DNA of 61,353 nt, filler included, from Thelocarpon superellum (taxonomy: Eukaryota): the NCBI GenBank assembly GCA_026025795.1. It is 2 parts of 2 records of this genome, joined end to end, with 100 filler letters (N's around TTAATTAATTAA, not from the genome) between each part and the next. Parts side by side here need not be neighbours in the genome. Positions count along the whole stretch, not along the records: positions 30,805 to 61,353 come from JAPEUG010000200.1; 1 more part is not named here. The stretch is one strand, 5' to 3'. Below, in pieces: positions 36,926-49,324 of this stretch (positions are counted from its first letter, which is position 1; each line of letters begins with the position of its first letter). A model generated the notes under the pieces. That model was not told where the DNA came from, made no database searches, and saw nothing but the letters and a program-made list of their open reading frames with translations. Both the position numbers and the translations under genes were made by a program.

Positions 36926-38107
36926 ATGGCTGGGCAGCATACGATTGTCATTCTCGGCGGCTCCTTTGGCGGGATCAGCGTCGCTCATTACCTCCTGCGC
37001 CATACCATTCCGGCCCTGACTACGTTATCTTCGCCACCAACGTATAAAGTCATCATGGTATCAACATCAACCTCTCTCTACTGGAACATCTGCGCACCCC
37101 GGGCTCTGGTGAGCGCAGCACTGATACCGGTGCAAAAGCCCTTTATCCCCGTGGCCGAGGCCTTCTCCAACTACCCTGCGGGATCCTTTGAATTCCTCCA
37201 CGCCGAAGCTGTGGATCTGGACGTGGATAGCCGCATCGTCTCCCTGAAACCGCTTGGGTCTTCCCCCGATGCACCGGAGACGCTTTCATATGACACGCTG
37301 ATCATCGCCACCGGCGCTTCATCCACGACGCCGCTCTGGAGCGCCAGCGCAGGACACGAGAAGACAATAGCGGCCATCGAGAGCATGCACGCAGCTCTTC
37401 CTACGGCCTCTAAGATTCTCGTCGCCGGCGCCGGTCCTGTCGGGGTCGAGACGACGGGCGAATTGGCAGCGGAGTTTGGCACGTCCAAGAGCATCACCTT
37501 GGTATCGGCATCACCGCGGCTCCTGGGGCGAGCACGCCCCGCACTCGGTCAGGGCGCCGAGCGCATGCTAAAAGGCATGGGCGTGACCATCCTCTACGAC
37601 GTACGAATGACGAAGTCCGAGCCGACCAGCACAGGACAGACACTCGTACACCTAAGCAACGACACGACGACGACAGTCGACGTCTTGATTGACGCGACGG
37701 GGCTCAAACCCAACACTGGCTTCGTACCCGCACGCCTCCTCGATGACCGCGGAGCCATCATCACCAACGCGCAAACCCTCCGCGTCACCGGCGCCCGGCA
37801 GCGCGTCTACGCCCTCGGCCCCGTGTCGTCCTACTGTAACGGAGCCGTGCTGGACGTGTGGGACGCGATGAGCGCGCTGATGGCGAACGTGGCCTTTGAT
37901 CTATCGGGCGGCAACCTCGGCAAGGAGAAGTCCTACGCACGCCGCGCCGAGACGCTGATCGTCCCCGTCGGCCGCAGCAAGGGCGTCGGCGTCGCCTACG
38001 GCTGGCCTCTCCCTAGCCTCGCCGTCTGGGTCGCCAAGGGCCGTAGCTACATGCTGGAGACCCTCAAAGGGGAGCGAGATGGCCAGAAATTCGTGCGGCC
38101 GGTCTAA
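36926..38107 (+). CDS. AIF/AMID-like FAD-dependent pyridine nucleotide-disulfide oxidoreductase
   Basis: IVILGGSFGG (FAD), YDTLIIATG, ILVAGAGPVGVETTGE (NAD(P)H), ATGLKPNT and VYALG. Confidence 0.9.
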   Translation: MAGQHTIVILGGSFGGISVAHYLLRHTIPALTTLSSPPTYKVIMVSTSTSLYWNICAPRALVSAALIPVQKPFIPVAEAFSNYPAGSFEFLHAEAVDLDVDSRIVSLKPLGSSPDAPETLSYDTLIIATGASSTTPLWSASAGHEKTIAAIESMHAALPTASKILVAGAGPVGVETTGELAAEFGTSKSITLVSASPRLLGRARPALGQGAERMLKGMGVTILYDVRMTKSEPTSTGQTLVHLSNDTTTTVDVLIDATGLKPNTGFVPARLLDDRGAIITNAQTLRVTGARQRVYALGPVSSYCNGAVLDVWDAMSALMANVAFDLSGGNLGKEKSYARRAETLIVPVGRSKGVGVAYGWPLPSLAVWVAKGRSYMLETLKGERDGQKFVRPV

Positions 38108-38320
38108 AGGAAGACAATTGTCGTCTGTCCTCCACTTTACTCCATCGGCATCCACAAGTGCCTAGTCAATCGAAGACGGATCGCATGGAGCGTTGTTATG
38201 GGGAGAGAAAGGGAGTACGAGCGCAAGAGTAGAGGAGGAGAGCAAAACAATCAAAGACACCCACGTCTACCTTCACATCCTCATACATATGTTCATCGTA
38301 TTTATATCCGTGTTCCTCGC

Positions 38321-38382
38321 TCAGATCAGTTCAGATCAGATCAGATCAGTTCAGATCAGATCAGTTCAGCTAGATTAGATCA
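38321..38382. repeat. (TCAGA/TCAGT)n pentanucleotide array; a (CCTTG/CCCTG)n array follows at ~38451-38505
   Basis: Direct reading; located in convergent 3' UTR space. Confidence 0.85.
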
Positions 38383-38783
38383 GGTAGTCGGGTATGTGCA
38401 AATCTCATCTCGTCTCATCTCGTCGGAAATTCATCAAAACGAATGTGGTCTCCCTGCCCCATGCCTTGCCCTTCCTTGCTCTACCCTGCCTTGCCCTGCC
38501 CTACCTAGTCCAAACCACCCAAGGCATTGCGCAGCACCAACTCCCGCAAACGCAGACGCAAGAAACCCAAACCAAGAACCAAGAAACCAAAGGAAGGTCA
38601 GACACGGATTTGGTCAAGGAAACGAAGACGCAGGCATAGCAAGGTCAATCAACAATCACAGCAGTACGCAATGGATTGTAACGAAGAGGGAAATCGAATG
38701 AACGCGACGAAAGAAAGGAGGAAAAGAAAAGCAGAAAAAATCATGTTATGCAACAACGCCCGCCACGTCCGTCGCGTTACCAT

Positions 38784-40553
38784 CTACACGCTCTCATCGA
38801 CGCCGACGGGCTGCGCAAAGGGGTTCACAGAGGGATCGTCTTGATCGTCGACGCGGCGACCGGGGTGAGCGGAGCCATCGCTCTGTAGGCCCGCGCCGGC
38901 CGCGGGAACCGCAGCACCGCCCGCCTCGCTGTTCTTCAGTTCCCAGCTTCCGGAGCGCTCGTGCCCGCGAGCGGCGGTGCCCGGGGCGGCGGCGGCACCG
39001 GTCAAGGTCAGGTCCGCGTCCGAGGCGAGCTTCTCGCTGCCTTTGAAGCCGCCGAGTTCGGACCGCCGCTTGGTGACGCGGTGAAAGCGGACGCCGAAAA
39101 GCAGAATGCATACCGCCGCGGTGAGGATGAGCACGGCGAGAGTGACGGCAGCCCCAATCACGCCAGCCACTGGAGGTGTGACGGCGTGGGAGGCGCTGGA
39201 ACACTCGCCGGAAGAGCTCGGAGAGCTGCCGATGTTGAAGGCGCTGTCCGTCGTGCCCCAGATGGCGCAGAAGTATTCTTGGCTGTTGCACGTGTCGCAC
39301 CAGTCTCCCACAGACTCGAGCGCGAACTGGTCCAGGCCGTCGCTGAAATCTTGCCACGTCATGTCCGTTTCGTCCGGACCGCGGCCGAAGAGCGGATAGG
39401 AGAGCATTTCGGCGCTGTCGTCCGTGCCGTTGCGGAAGAGAAAGCGCACGTTGAGATCGCTCTCGGCCGGGTACGCGGTGTTGTTGTCCGTGCTGAACAG
39501 CTCAAAGACCATGGAGGAGCCGAAGGCGGGTAGGCCGTAAAAGTCCGCGTTGATGCTGGGCAGCAGCGCCAGGGCGAAAAAGGCCACAAAGGGCTGATAG
39601 TCTCCGAACAAGAGACTGAGGATCTCCTGTGACCCCTGAGATTCGATGGTGTCTAGCAGCAGGCCTTTGACCTTGGCCGCCAGCGCTCGTCCCGCGATGG
39701 CTCGGATCATGTCTCCCTCGACGAGACCGCTGGCGCTGAGGTTGCCATTCAACGCATACTGTTGCTGATCCGCCAAGGTCCGCAACTGTGCGAGGTCAAA
39801 GGCCGTGATGCTATTGTGGATGGCCGTGTCGTGCGTGTACCCGTAGTTGACATAGTCAAAGACGTCAAAGGCGTTGAAGTATCCGACGGGCACATCCAAG
39901 GTGTCATTCCCGATGATCCCTGGCACCAGGCTGTTGTACAGACTCCCACTTCCCGTCTGCGTCTGGACAAAGTCCGGCGTGGAGTAGTATTCCGCTCCGG
40001 AAAGATCGTATTCGGGGCAGTTGAGGTCACCCATGATCCACACCAGGTCGGGGTCGACCTCGGTGATGGCGTAAACCTGCGGGTACTGGTAGCCTTGCAA
40101 GGGGCTCTGGATGGTCGATCCATTGGCGAGCGTGGCGGCAGCGGACGTATCCGTGATGTTATCCGATCCCTCCAGGGGAGGGTACAGTCCCTGAAAGAAA
40201 GCTTGGGCGGAGGCGGAGATGTACTCAATACCGGGCGAGATGATGTAGAGCTGCGAGTTGTTCAGCTGATCCTGGGCGAGGCCCTGGATGGCGGAGTTGG
40301 AACCGGTGCTGGTGTTGGCAACGGGCATAGGATTGACGTAACGGGCGCGGAGGAAGGATCCGGCGCTCATCAGCTGCTGCGCCCCCAGCGGGGTCAAGAC
40401 GTTGGCCGATGGCGAGATCAAGGGCGTCTGCTCGCCATGGTATGTAAAGACCACGGCGGCGTAGACCGTCTCGGTGAAGGTCTCCTGGGCGGAGGCCCGC
40501 TGCCCATACCAGGCGCCGACGAGGGCAGTCACACCAACCACTTGAGTCCACAT
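38784..40553 (-). CDS. Histidine acid phosphatase-family type I membrane glycoprotein (probably catalytically impaired)
   Basis: Signal peptide, YHGEQTP at the RHGxRxP position, LTPLGAQQL, SAQAFFQGLYPP, FGSSMVFELF, WCDTC and TM VAGVIGAAVTLAVLILTAAVCILLF. Confidence 0.85.
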   Translation of the reverse strand: MWTQVVGVTALVGAWYGQRASAQETFTETVYAAVVFTYHGEQTPLISPSANVLTPLGAQQLMSAGSFLRARYVNPMPVANTSTGSNSAIQGLAQDQLNNSQLYIISPGIEYISASAQAFFQGLYPPLEGSDNITDTSAAATLANGSTIQSPLQGYQYPQVYAITEVDPDLVWIMGDLNCPEYDLSGAEYYSTPDFVQTQTGSGSLYNSLVPGIIGNDTLDVPVGYFNAFDVFDYVNYGYTHDTAIHNSITAFDLAQLRTLADQQQYALNGNLSASGLVEGDMIRAIAGRALAAKVKGLLLDTIESQGSQEILSLLFGDYQPFVAFFALALLPSINADFYGLPAFGSSMVFELFSTDNNTAYPAESDLNVRFLFRNGTDDSAEMLSYPLFGRGPDETDMTWQDFSDGLDQFALESVGDWCDTCNSQEYFCAIWGTTDSAFNIGSSPSSSGECSSASHAVTPPVAGVIGAAVTLAVLILTAAVCILLFGVRFHRVTKRRSELGGFKGSEKLASDADLTLTGAAAAPGTAARGHERSGSWELKNSEAGGAAVPAAGAGLQSDGSAHPGRRVDDQDDPSVNPFAQPVGVDESV

Positions 40554-42305
40554 CGTATCTCGGCGGGGAGGGACAGGCACCGCGTGAGAGGTCCTCAGCT
40601 TCGTGCAAAGCAACTTGGGAGTCGGGATGAGAGGGCGAGAGATGAGAATCAACGTGGACGCACGAGCACGACAGACGAGGGAGGATTCGGAGCAAGATAT
40701 GGAGCTGGGCCAGGTGAACATGACAGCGCTGCCATGAGATCAGCACTGCAGCTAGCTACGGGGCCAGCGACCCTGCCAGCTACCTCCATCAGCACCGGTG
40801 CTGGTATCGGCGCAGGTATCTTGTCCGAGGTTTTGGGTGCAAGGCTACTGCATGCATCGTACATCTCACTCGTCCCACTTGGTACTGGTACCCCACCATG
40901 TCCTCCTCGGAGCTGGAGCTATCCACCAGCGACAAGGAGCGAATGACGAATGACGGGTCGGTGGGGGCGTGGCTCACACCTGGGCAAAGCTTACTAGCTC
41001 GGGGTAGCTTGAGGTGGAGGGAGATCCCTGTCCGTGCCGAGAGTTGCAGATAACGATCGCACGCGGTTGGTCAGCTTCGGTTCTATCGGCGGACCCGTCC
41101 TTGTCACCAGACAGCCCCGCCTCGGTCTGGGCGAGATATCCAGCCTCTCACCCGACCACACCGCTCCAAGGCCGACGCCACGGCTTCGCCAAATTCAAGT
41201 CCTGTGTCCGAGCCATCGCTTGTTCGAGGTGGCGTGGTGATTGGCGACACAGACCCGATTGCTGTCCGTGCTCGTGCTCGTGCTCGTCTCCCGGTCGAAC
41301 CCGCTCGCCCTTGCCGCTTACGCCTAGTCAGAGTGTGTTTGTCTCGGCGTGCCGTAGAGCTTCAGTTATCTGGTGCTTCTTAGTGGCAAGCCCAGACCAA
41401 CGCGGTAAAGACGCAGCGGCAGTAGCAGGACGGCGTGCGTTGCCTGGGCACGTCATCTGGCGCCTCGCCAGTCTTCGCTACACATAAGTGGGACTGCGGG
41501 CGCGGAAGGGTATGAAGGTCCCGACGAGTCGAGTGGCTGGGAAGCGGGAGGTGGGAAGATTGACCCGAGCTCGCGTCTGCATCTGCATCAGATGGGCCAA
41601 CACCGACCGTGCCGCAGGGTTGACAAGCCTGGCACGACGTGGGTTCAAGGAGACAGACCACTTCGGAGTCAAGGTGACCCGTCGATCGAGGATACCCGCA
41701 GTCAGCGCCGCAGTCAGCGGTCGGGTCTAAAATAATAGTCGTGTCCTTGTTCCCCATCCTAGGCTGATCGATCAGTCGATGAAGATCTTATGCAGGCGGC
41801 TGTTTTCACACAAACAAGCTACTGACAGCCGGCCTGGGCCGCTCTCCCCAGGGCCATTTCGCCGCGCTGATCGGACCGCCATGCGAATGTGCTGGTCGCT
41901 CATGTGGAGTTTCCCGCCATGTTCACGCGGCGAGAGTGCCTGCCACCGTGGTGGACGGTGCCTCGCCCGGATGACATAATCAATTTTCCACGTGCGCCTT
42001 CGCACAAAAGCGGCAGCATTTTCTTCCCGGCGGACGAGTAAAATTCATCGCGGCAAGATTAGGGTATTCCGTGAGGGCTTCGAAGGAACGGTACGCCTAA
42101 TTGGAGCTGGACCCCCTCATCACTATTACCTCAACTCCAGCTCTGTTCGGGTCAATCGATCGCAGTCGGGCGCAGCGGGGCAAGGAGTCGACCAGAGCCG
42201 TCGGTATTGTACGTCCTCAGATGGGATGATTGGGGTTCCTGCTTAAGCAGCCGGCGACGACCGCGCCTGAACATCGTCCCGCTAATTCGGTCAGGCAATT
42301 GAGAA

Positions 42306-44562
42306 ATGTTGGCAAGGATGAATGGATCAACGTCGCCCCAAAAGCGACGGCGTACAAGATCGTCCGCCCTGACCGAAGAATCGCCACTCAAGAGACCCAA
42401 TCGAAACCCCGAGACCGATTATCACCAGGCCATCGCCGCGGCCGCCCAGCTGCAGGTGGCAGCGGAGGAGGCCGAGGGAAGTGGACAACAAGAGCCGGGG
42501 TCAGGGCAGGAATCAGGGCAGGATCCAGGGCGGGAGCAGCGCGCATCGCCGCTTCCGGACCCAGGGCGGGAGGGTGAGCCGGAACATGGACAGGAACAGG
42601 ATCTCGATCCTGCCGCACCGCCCCCTGAACCCGAACCTCACGAGCCCCCGGTCGATCACGGGGTCGATACGCCGACGGCCAGCGTGCCGGTGGTCAATGG
42701 TCGAGCACAAGAAAGCATAATGCTCGATTACTCGTACGCCATGCACAACTGGAACGACCCGACGCTGCATTTGCGCGTCCAGAGTCTTCCGATCCTTGAA
42801 AACCTCGTACGCCAGGCCCTGATTGATGGGCCGTTCCAGGCTGACGTACTGCGCATAGTCCATCCAGACCCTAGAAACGCTGGCAAAACCATCCTATCAA
42901 GAAACGCTGAACATCGTGACGGAGCCTACCTCCCCACAGGGCCAGGCGTATGCCGCGCTCAAAGCCCTCTTCGACCAGACGAAGAAGCTGTACTCTCCGC
43001 ACGAGCCCTTCATCTCTGCACATGACCTCGACTATCATGCGCCCGAGCACCGCGGCATCATCCGCAAGGCCAACCTGGCGACGTTCGTGTCCAGCGTCTT
43101 CGGCAGCCAAGACGTGGGCTTCTACCATCTCAACGAGTACTTCCTTGAGACCTTTGTTCCGGAGGGCGGGCGGCTACTGAAATCCCAAGGCGGCCTCTTC
43201 CTCGACCTCAAGACGCAGGCCTATCTCTCGGCGATGGCCAACGGCGAGCGGTCACGCGATGAGATCCTGGAGGACCTGTTCCCGGACTCACTCGGCGAGC
43301 GGCTGATGTCGCGCCGGCCCCATGCCAAGCAGATGACCCCCAGCGAAGTTGACTTCGTGAAGCGCGCCCGGAGCCGGCGGGATCACCTCCGTAGTGAGCC
43401 AGACGACGAGGCGTCTCTGGCGGCGCTACCTGACAAGTACGTGTGGGAGGACTTTCTGCGGGACGTGAGCGGCTACGTCAGTCGTAACTTCCACGATCTC
43501 GTCAGCGGCGCCACCACCAAAGTCGGCAAGACGCGGCTATCCGGGTATGCGATGGGCGAGGTATCCGTGCAGCCTGGACAGCCCCAGGCCGCCGAGGAAG
43601 CAGCCGTGTCGCAAATGGACCCCGACGATGCGCACTTCCATGAGGTCTTGCGAGCACACAATCAACACTACACCCACCAAGAAATGCAGCAAGCGGCACG
43701 GCAAGAAGCGATGGAGAAAGCGGCACGTGCGGCGCAGGTGGCCTTGCAGCACGAGATGATGCACCCGCACAAGGTCGAGGATCTGCGGGTCGACCATGCT
43801 CCGACGCCGCCGGTGGAAGCGACCGAGCCAAGCCAGGCCGACGGGGGAGAGATGACACAGGCGCCGGTCAGCACGGGCGACATTCCGTACCACACGCAAT
43901 CCGCCCCGACGCAAGTCTTATACGAGCGTGCGCGACTGGCGGCGACCGCCAAAGCCTCGCCGAACAATCGCCGGGCCGGCCTACCCAGTCAGCGTCGGCC
44001 GTGGACGACCGAGGAAGAGAATGCGCTGATGGCCGGTCTCGATCGCGTCAAGGGACCGCACTGGAGCCAGATTCTGGCCATGTTCGGGGCGGGTGGCAAT
44101 ATCAACGAGTCGCTCAAGGACCGGAACCAGGTCCAGTTGAAGGACAAGGCCCGGAACCTGAAGCTCTTCTTCCTGAAGAGCGGCATCGAAGTGCCCTACT
44201 ACCTTCAGTTCGTCACCGGCGAACTCAAGACGAGAGCGCCGAGCCAAGCGGCAAAGCACGAGGCCAAGGAGCGCGCTAAGGTGCTGGGCGACGAGGATCG
44301 CGCTCACGTTGAGGGAGTCCTGGCGCTTGCGGGGGGGCCGCTGCAGCCGAATGCGGCGGATGGGAGCGCGGACGAGGCCAACGGAGAGGCGACGACGGAC
44401 GAGGCGACCCTCGAGCAGCACATGGTCGAGCAGCTGCAAGCCGCGGTGCAGGAGGAGGAAAGAAAACCCCATCACGTCACGAGCCCCCAACCTGCGGAAT
44501 CCCCCCCCGACTCTCGAGCCCGTCGAAGCACCAGGATCCCGGCACAGGCCGCTGCTGGCTGA
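42306..44562 (+). CDS. TBF1: Telomere repeat-binding factor Tbf1/Trf1-like (TRFH-like + telobox Myb)
   Basis: LRVQSLPILENL, IRKANLATF, LFLDLKTQAY and Myb RRPWTTEEENALMAGL...WSQIL...RNQVQLKDKARNLK. Intron 42807-42858. Confidence 0.92.
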
Positions 44563-44922
44563 TCCGCGGACCCTCCATTCTCACGACTTTGGCGTGGGCA
44601 AGAGTGTTTGGCTGACGGTCTGGGTCTTTCGTATTGTATAGAAGGGCAATCCGCAGCACTGGCGATGGGCGTTTGAAGCATGGAGCAGGTAGATATCCTT
44701 GTAGGGGACTTGTAGAATGCAGCCTGGACCGCGGAGTCGTTAGAACTTCTTACGTTGGTTTAGTTTCGCTCGCGGAGAGGTGAATGTCCTATTGACACCA
44801 CAGACGAGGCGACTCGCGTAACGTTCGTTTGAGTGCGGATACGGGACGAAGGAACAATGCCGTTCCGGCTCCTACCAGCCTCAACGGCCATTGCGCGGCG
44901 ATAATCATCCGATCCCAGCGAC

Positions 44923-45719
44923 ATGGCTGACTCCATCCCTCCCACCGCTCCAACAGAGGTCGCCATCGACGATGCAGAGCCAGAGGCGGAACTGGACGCT
45001 TCCATCGAGGCAGACATCGATCTCAGCGGCGAGGCAAAGCCGGACGCCATGAACATTGACGCCATGAACATTGACGGTGCAGGCGACGCCGGCGACGCCG
45101 GCGACGCCGACGCCCCAGGGCCAGTGCCCGACCCGGCCGCCCTGGCCCTGGATCCACGGGTACCCTCAAAGAAGGACTCCACCCTACGAGAGTTCCTTGG
45201 CAAAATGGATGACTATGCGCCCATCGTACGAGCCGCATCCCCCACCATCTCGTCCAATGGCACTGATCATGGGACGACTAGATTCCGGATGCCGTGACCA
45301 ACTACTACCTCACCAAGGCGGGGCTCCCTCCGCCACCGCAGACGTCGACCCACCTGGCGCGCCTGCTGGCACTGGCCACGCAAAAATTCGTGGCGGACAT
45401 CGCCACGGACGCCTATCAATACTCGCGTATTCGCTCGTCTAACACCACCTCCAACAATCCCATGGGCTCCCTCGGTGCCGCAGCAGGGTTCAACGCACCC
45501 GGGCCATCGGTGCCAGGGGGTGCAGCGGCCGGGCCCGGGGGAAAAGAAGGCGGGGCGCAGCAGGGCAAGGGTAGCCATGTGCTTGGCGTCCAGCGACCTG
45601 GATTTGGCGGGGGCGGGCAAGGCGGCAGCCAAGGCCGGACGGTGCTCACCATGGAAGATCTCGGGATGGCGGTCGGGGAATATGGCGTCAACGTCAAGCG
45701 GGGCGAGTTTTACCGCTGA
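44923..45719 (+). CDS. TAF10: TFIID/SAGA subunit TAF10
   Basis: [49 protein letters not shown] and VLTMEDL...[13 protein letters not shown]. Intron 45226-45281. Confidence 0.95.
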
Positions 45720-45922
45720 TGGTCGAGTCATTGACCGACGGCGGGAGAAGGCATCGTCTGCATCATCGTCGTGGCGGAGTATCTGGGTCACTCTGGGCAT
45801 CGCACCATTGTCACGGAGTTCCTTGATGGTGATAAGTCTTTTCTACATACTCTAAGGAACAAGACATCTGAATACGCCATACATGCGTCCAACGCCATTC
45901 CAGGCTTCGGAGAAGCCGCAGG

Positions 45923-46379
45923 TCACCGGTTCTTGGTCTGCGTGTAGGTAAAGCGCTTCCTCGTCCTGAGGTCGTATCAGGCACCACGGCTCCAAATGAG
46001 GCCTTCGCCGGGGAGTCGGGGCCACTTACGGTGAGAACTCGCCAAGCTTGTGACCGACCATGTCCTCCGTGATGATCACGTCGTTGTAGATCTTCCCGTT
46101 GTGGATCTGGAACCTCAGCCCCACAAAGTTGGGTAGGATGGTGGCCGAGCGTGCCATCGTCTTGACCGGTGGGGTCTTCTCACCCGCCTTGGCTCGGGTG
46201 ATGGGAAGACTGAGAGGACAACGTCAGCGAGAAGGTCAGGGTTGAGGTGCTGCCAAGAGGCTTACGGAACGATGTGTGGTCCTGTGTCCCAAGGGTGAGC
46301 AGGCCGGTCATCTACTAGATCGCTCAGTTGACGTACCTTTCCACACGGACCGTGCCAGCAGCACCCTGGTGGGGTACAT
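45923..46379 (-). CDS. RSM19: Mitochondrial ribosomal protein uS19m
   Basis: Spliced: [22 protein letters not shown]...[21 protein letters not shown]...[16 protein letters not shown]. Introns 46282-46336, 46210-46265, 45966-46029. Not in the ORF track. Confidence 0.93.
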
Positions 46380-46680
46380 GGCATCCCAGACTTGCTTGAT
46401 GAAGTCCCTTCGACAAGGTCCTTCTCCTCAGACAAGGCGTCACGGCGCCCAGTTCATTGACGCCCAGGAAGCGAGAAGCTTGGCTGACTAAGTCGCGCCA
46501 GGCGCGTCTCCCCACCAGGCCGCGCGGATGGAGACCGTGACCGGGCAGCAAGCAATTCTTCCCTCCTGGTTCACATTAGTCTGAACAGGCTCTCGATCTG
46601 TACGTGGGCAGCGGTTAGAGCAGGATCGCCGGTCCGAATTGCCTGTGGCGGAGTCATGAGAAAGTAAGGGTGAACGCAAC

Positions 46681-49324
46681 ATGCCGGGCCTCTCAGGTAC
46701 GATCAGTGGACGTCAATGGCCCCAGGTTGATGCCATAGCATCATGTTACCTACTGAGAGACCAATTAGCTGCGGATACGATCCGCATCCTGGTGGCCACA
46801 GACAGCCACGTGGGCTACAATGAACGGGACCCGATTCGCGGCGACGACAGCTGGAAGAGCTTCCATGAGGTCATGTGCCTGGCCAAAGAGCAGGATGTAT
46901 GCCAGATGCCCGGCCCGGTGGTACGAAGGGTGTATTCATCATGCCTAGGTTGATATGGTGTTGCTGGCGGGCGACTTGTTCCATGATAATAAGCCGTCGC
47001 GGAAGGCCATGTATCAAGTCATGCGATCGCTACGGATGAATTGCTTCGGCGAGAAGCCCTGTGAGCTGGAGATGCTGAGCGACGCGAGTGAGAGCTTTCA
47101 GGGGTATGCTCCCTGTGTGGGGCAAGAGAAGTGCACAGCTGCTGACTGCGTGGAAAGCGCATTCAACCATGTGAACTACGAGGATCCGGATATCAACGTG
47201 GCCATCCCTGTGTTCTCCATCCATGGCAATCATGATGACCCCTCAGGCGTGGGTCTCGCGGTCCGGGCCAGCTCGCATAACGTGTGCTGACCGAGCACTT
47301 AGGAAGGCCACCTGTGTGCGCTCGACCTTCTACAGATCTCAGGCCTCGTCAATTACTATGGCCGTACCCCCGAGTCCGACAATATCGCCGTCAGACCTAT
47401 TTTGCTCCAGAAGGGCCATACCAAACTGGCACTTTACGGCATGAGCAACGTTCGAGACGAGAGGCTCTTTCGAACCTTTCGCGATGGCAAGGTCAAGTTC
47501 TTCCGACCCGACACGCAGCAGCAAGACTGGTTCAATCTCATGGCCGTCCACCAGAACCAGTAAGCGTATGCGACACTTCCCTCCTCAGGCCGGCGATTGA
47601 CCGGGCTGGATGATGTAGTCATGCGTACACCGAGACGGGCTACCTGCCTGAGAATTTCCTGCCGGACTTCATGGATCTGATCGTATGGGGTCACGAGCAT
47701 GAATGTCTCATCAATCCTCGTCTCAATCCAGAAATGTCCTTTCACGTCATGCAGCCGGGGTCATCCGTGGCGACCTCGTTGGTGCCTGGGGAGGCGGCGC
47801 CCAAGCAGGTCGCAATTCTCACGGTCACAGGGCGAGACTTCAAGGTCGAGGCTCATCGTCTCAAGACCGTGCGACCCTTTGTGATGAAGGAGATTGTGCT
47901 GGGTGAGGAGAAAGGAATGAAGGCCTTGGCCAAGAAGGATAACAACCGCTCAGAGCTGACCCGATATCTGGAGAGCATCGTCAATCAGCTGATCGACGAG
48001 GCCGTTGCAGATTGGACGGAAGCGCAGGGCGAGCTCGATGAGGACGAGGAGCGGGAGCCCCCTCTCCCGCTCGTGCGACTTCGGGTGGAATATTCCGCGC
48101 CCGACGGCGGCAAGTTTGAATGTGAGAACCCGCAGCGTTTCTCCAACCGATTCGTCGGAAAGGTGGCCAACGTCAACGATGTGGTCCAATTCTACCGCAA
48201 GAAGGCGGGCGTGGCCCGTGAGCTTCATGTCCTCGTGGTTGCCGTTACCGACTCTGACTCGTGCTAGGAGTGATGAAGGATGTTGGAGAGCTGCCGGAGG
48301 AGTCCGTCATGGCGCAGCTGTCCATCGACAACGTCAAGGTCGAGAAGTTCGTGCGAGAGTTCCTCACGGCGCAATCGTTGACGATCTTGCCTCAAAATTC
48401 GTTCGGCGATGCGGTCAGCCAGTTTGTGGACAAAGACGATAAGCATGCCATGGAGATCTTTGTCAATGAGAGTCTCTCGAACCAGATCAAACATCTGATG
48501 GAGGTAGATCAGGGCGACGAAGGAGAGCTTCAGGACGCCATCAGCCATTACCGGTCCAAGCTTGAGGAGCTGTTTGCCGCAGGACATTTGAAACGAACGG
48601 TATGCGGTCTCTTCATGTCCTATCGTGGTGTTGGCTGACGCGTTGTAGCGTAAGCTTCGACTCAAACCAAAGCCCGACCACTGGGACTCGGATCTCGATG
48701 GCGAGTGGGCCGACCAGCCAGGAGCGTTGATCCTTTCCGAAAACGAGCATGGAGAGGAAGACGAAGATGACGTAGAAGCGGCACCACCCAGAGCGTCTGC
48801 ATCTCGGGGCCGAGGCACGAAAGCGGCGCGTGGTACGACGCGTGCAAAGCCCAGCACCGCGAAGTCGTCGACTAGGGCACGGGGCGGAAAGGGCCGGAAA
48901 TCAGTCGTGGAAGCAGGTGGTGATGAGGACGATGATGCGGATGTGGTCATGGTTGACGATGACGATGACGATGATATCGGCCAGGTACCTCCGCCAAAGC
49001 CCACCAGCAGCGCGATCACCAAACCGCCACCCGGTCGAGCCGCTCTGCCCAAAACAGCGGAAACAGTGGCACCCTCCACCAGGCCCTCGACGAGAACCAC
49101 GGGTGCTGCATCGGCACGACAGTCGAAGTTGACCTTTTCGCAGCCCACGCAGGCATCCAATGGACACGCCAAGACAGCGCTGGAGGTCGTAAGTCACACC
49201 AGGCCCCCTACCCAAACACACGGCTTACTTGGTGTAGAGTGACGACGAGATATCTGACGACGATGATGATGACGACGCATTTGAGCCGGCATCTGTGACG
49301 CGATCTACCAGGAGTCGGCGATAG
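46681..49324 (+). CDS. MRE11: Double-strand break repair nuclease Mre11
   Basis: [47 protein letters not shown] and [10 protein letters not shown]. Introns 46697-46768, 46897-46948, 47104-47157, 47249-47302, 47560-47618, 48218-48267, 48600-48648, 49189-49237. Confidence 0.95.

Noticed and set aside
38321..38505. Short periodic arrays as a possible CRISPR-like structure
   Set aside because: Simple pentanucleotide microsatellites without unique spacers, in a eukaryotic genome.
42059..42064. TTAGGG upstream of TBF1 (possible autoregulation)
   Set aside because: A single hexamer, expected by chance.
45043..45114. DAMNI x2 and GDA x3 repeats in the TAF10 N-terminus
   Set aside because: Ordinary slippage in a disordered region.
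23239..49324. Apparent DNA-repair/telomere supercluster (RAD16, RAD7, Est1-like, TBF1, MRE11)
   Set aside because: It spans the artificial linker, so adjacency is unproven, and unrelated genes are interspersed.
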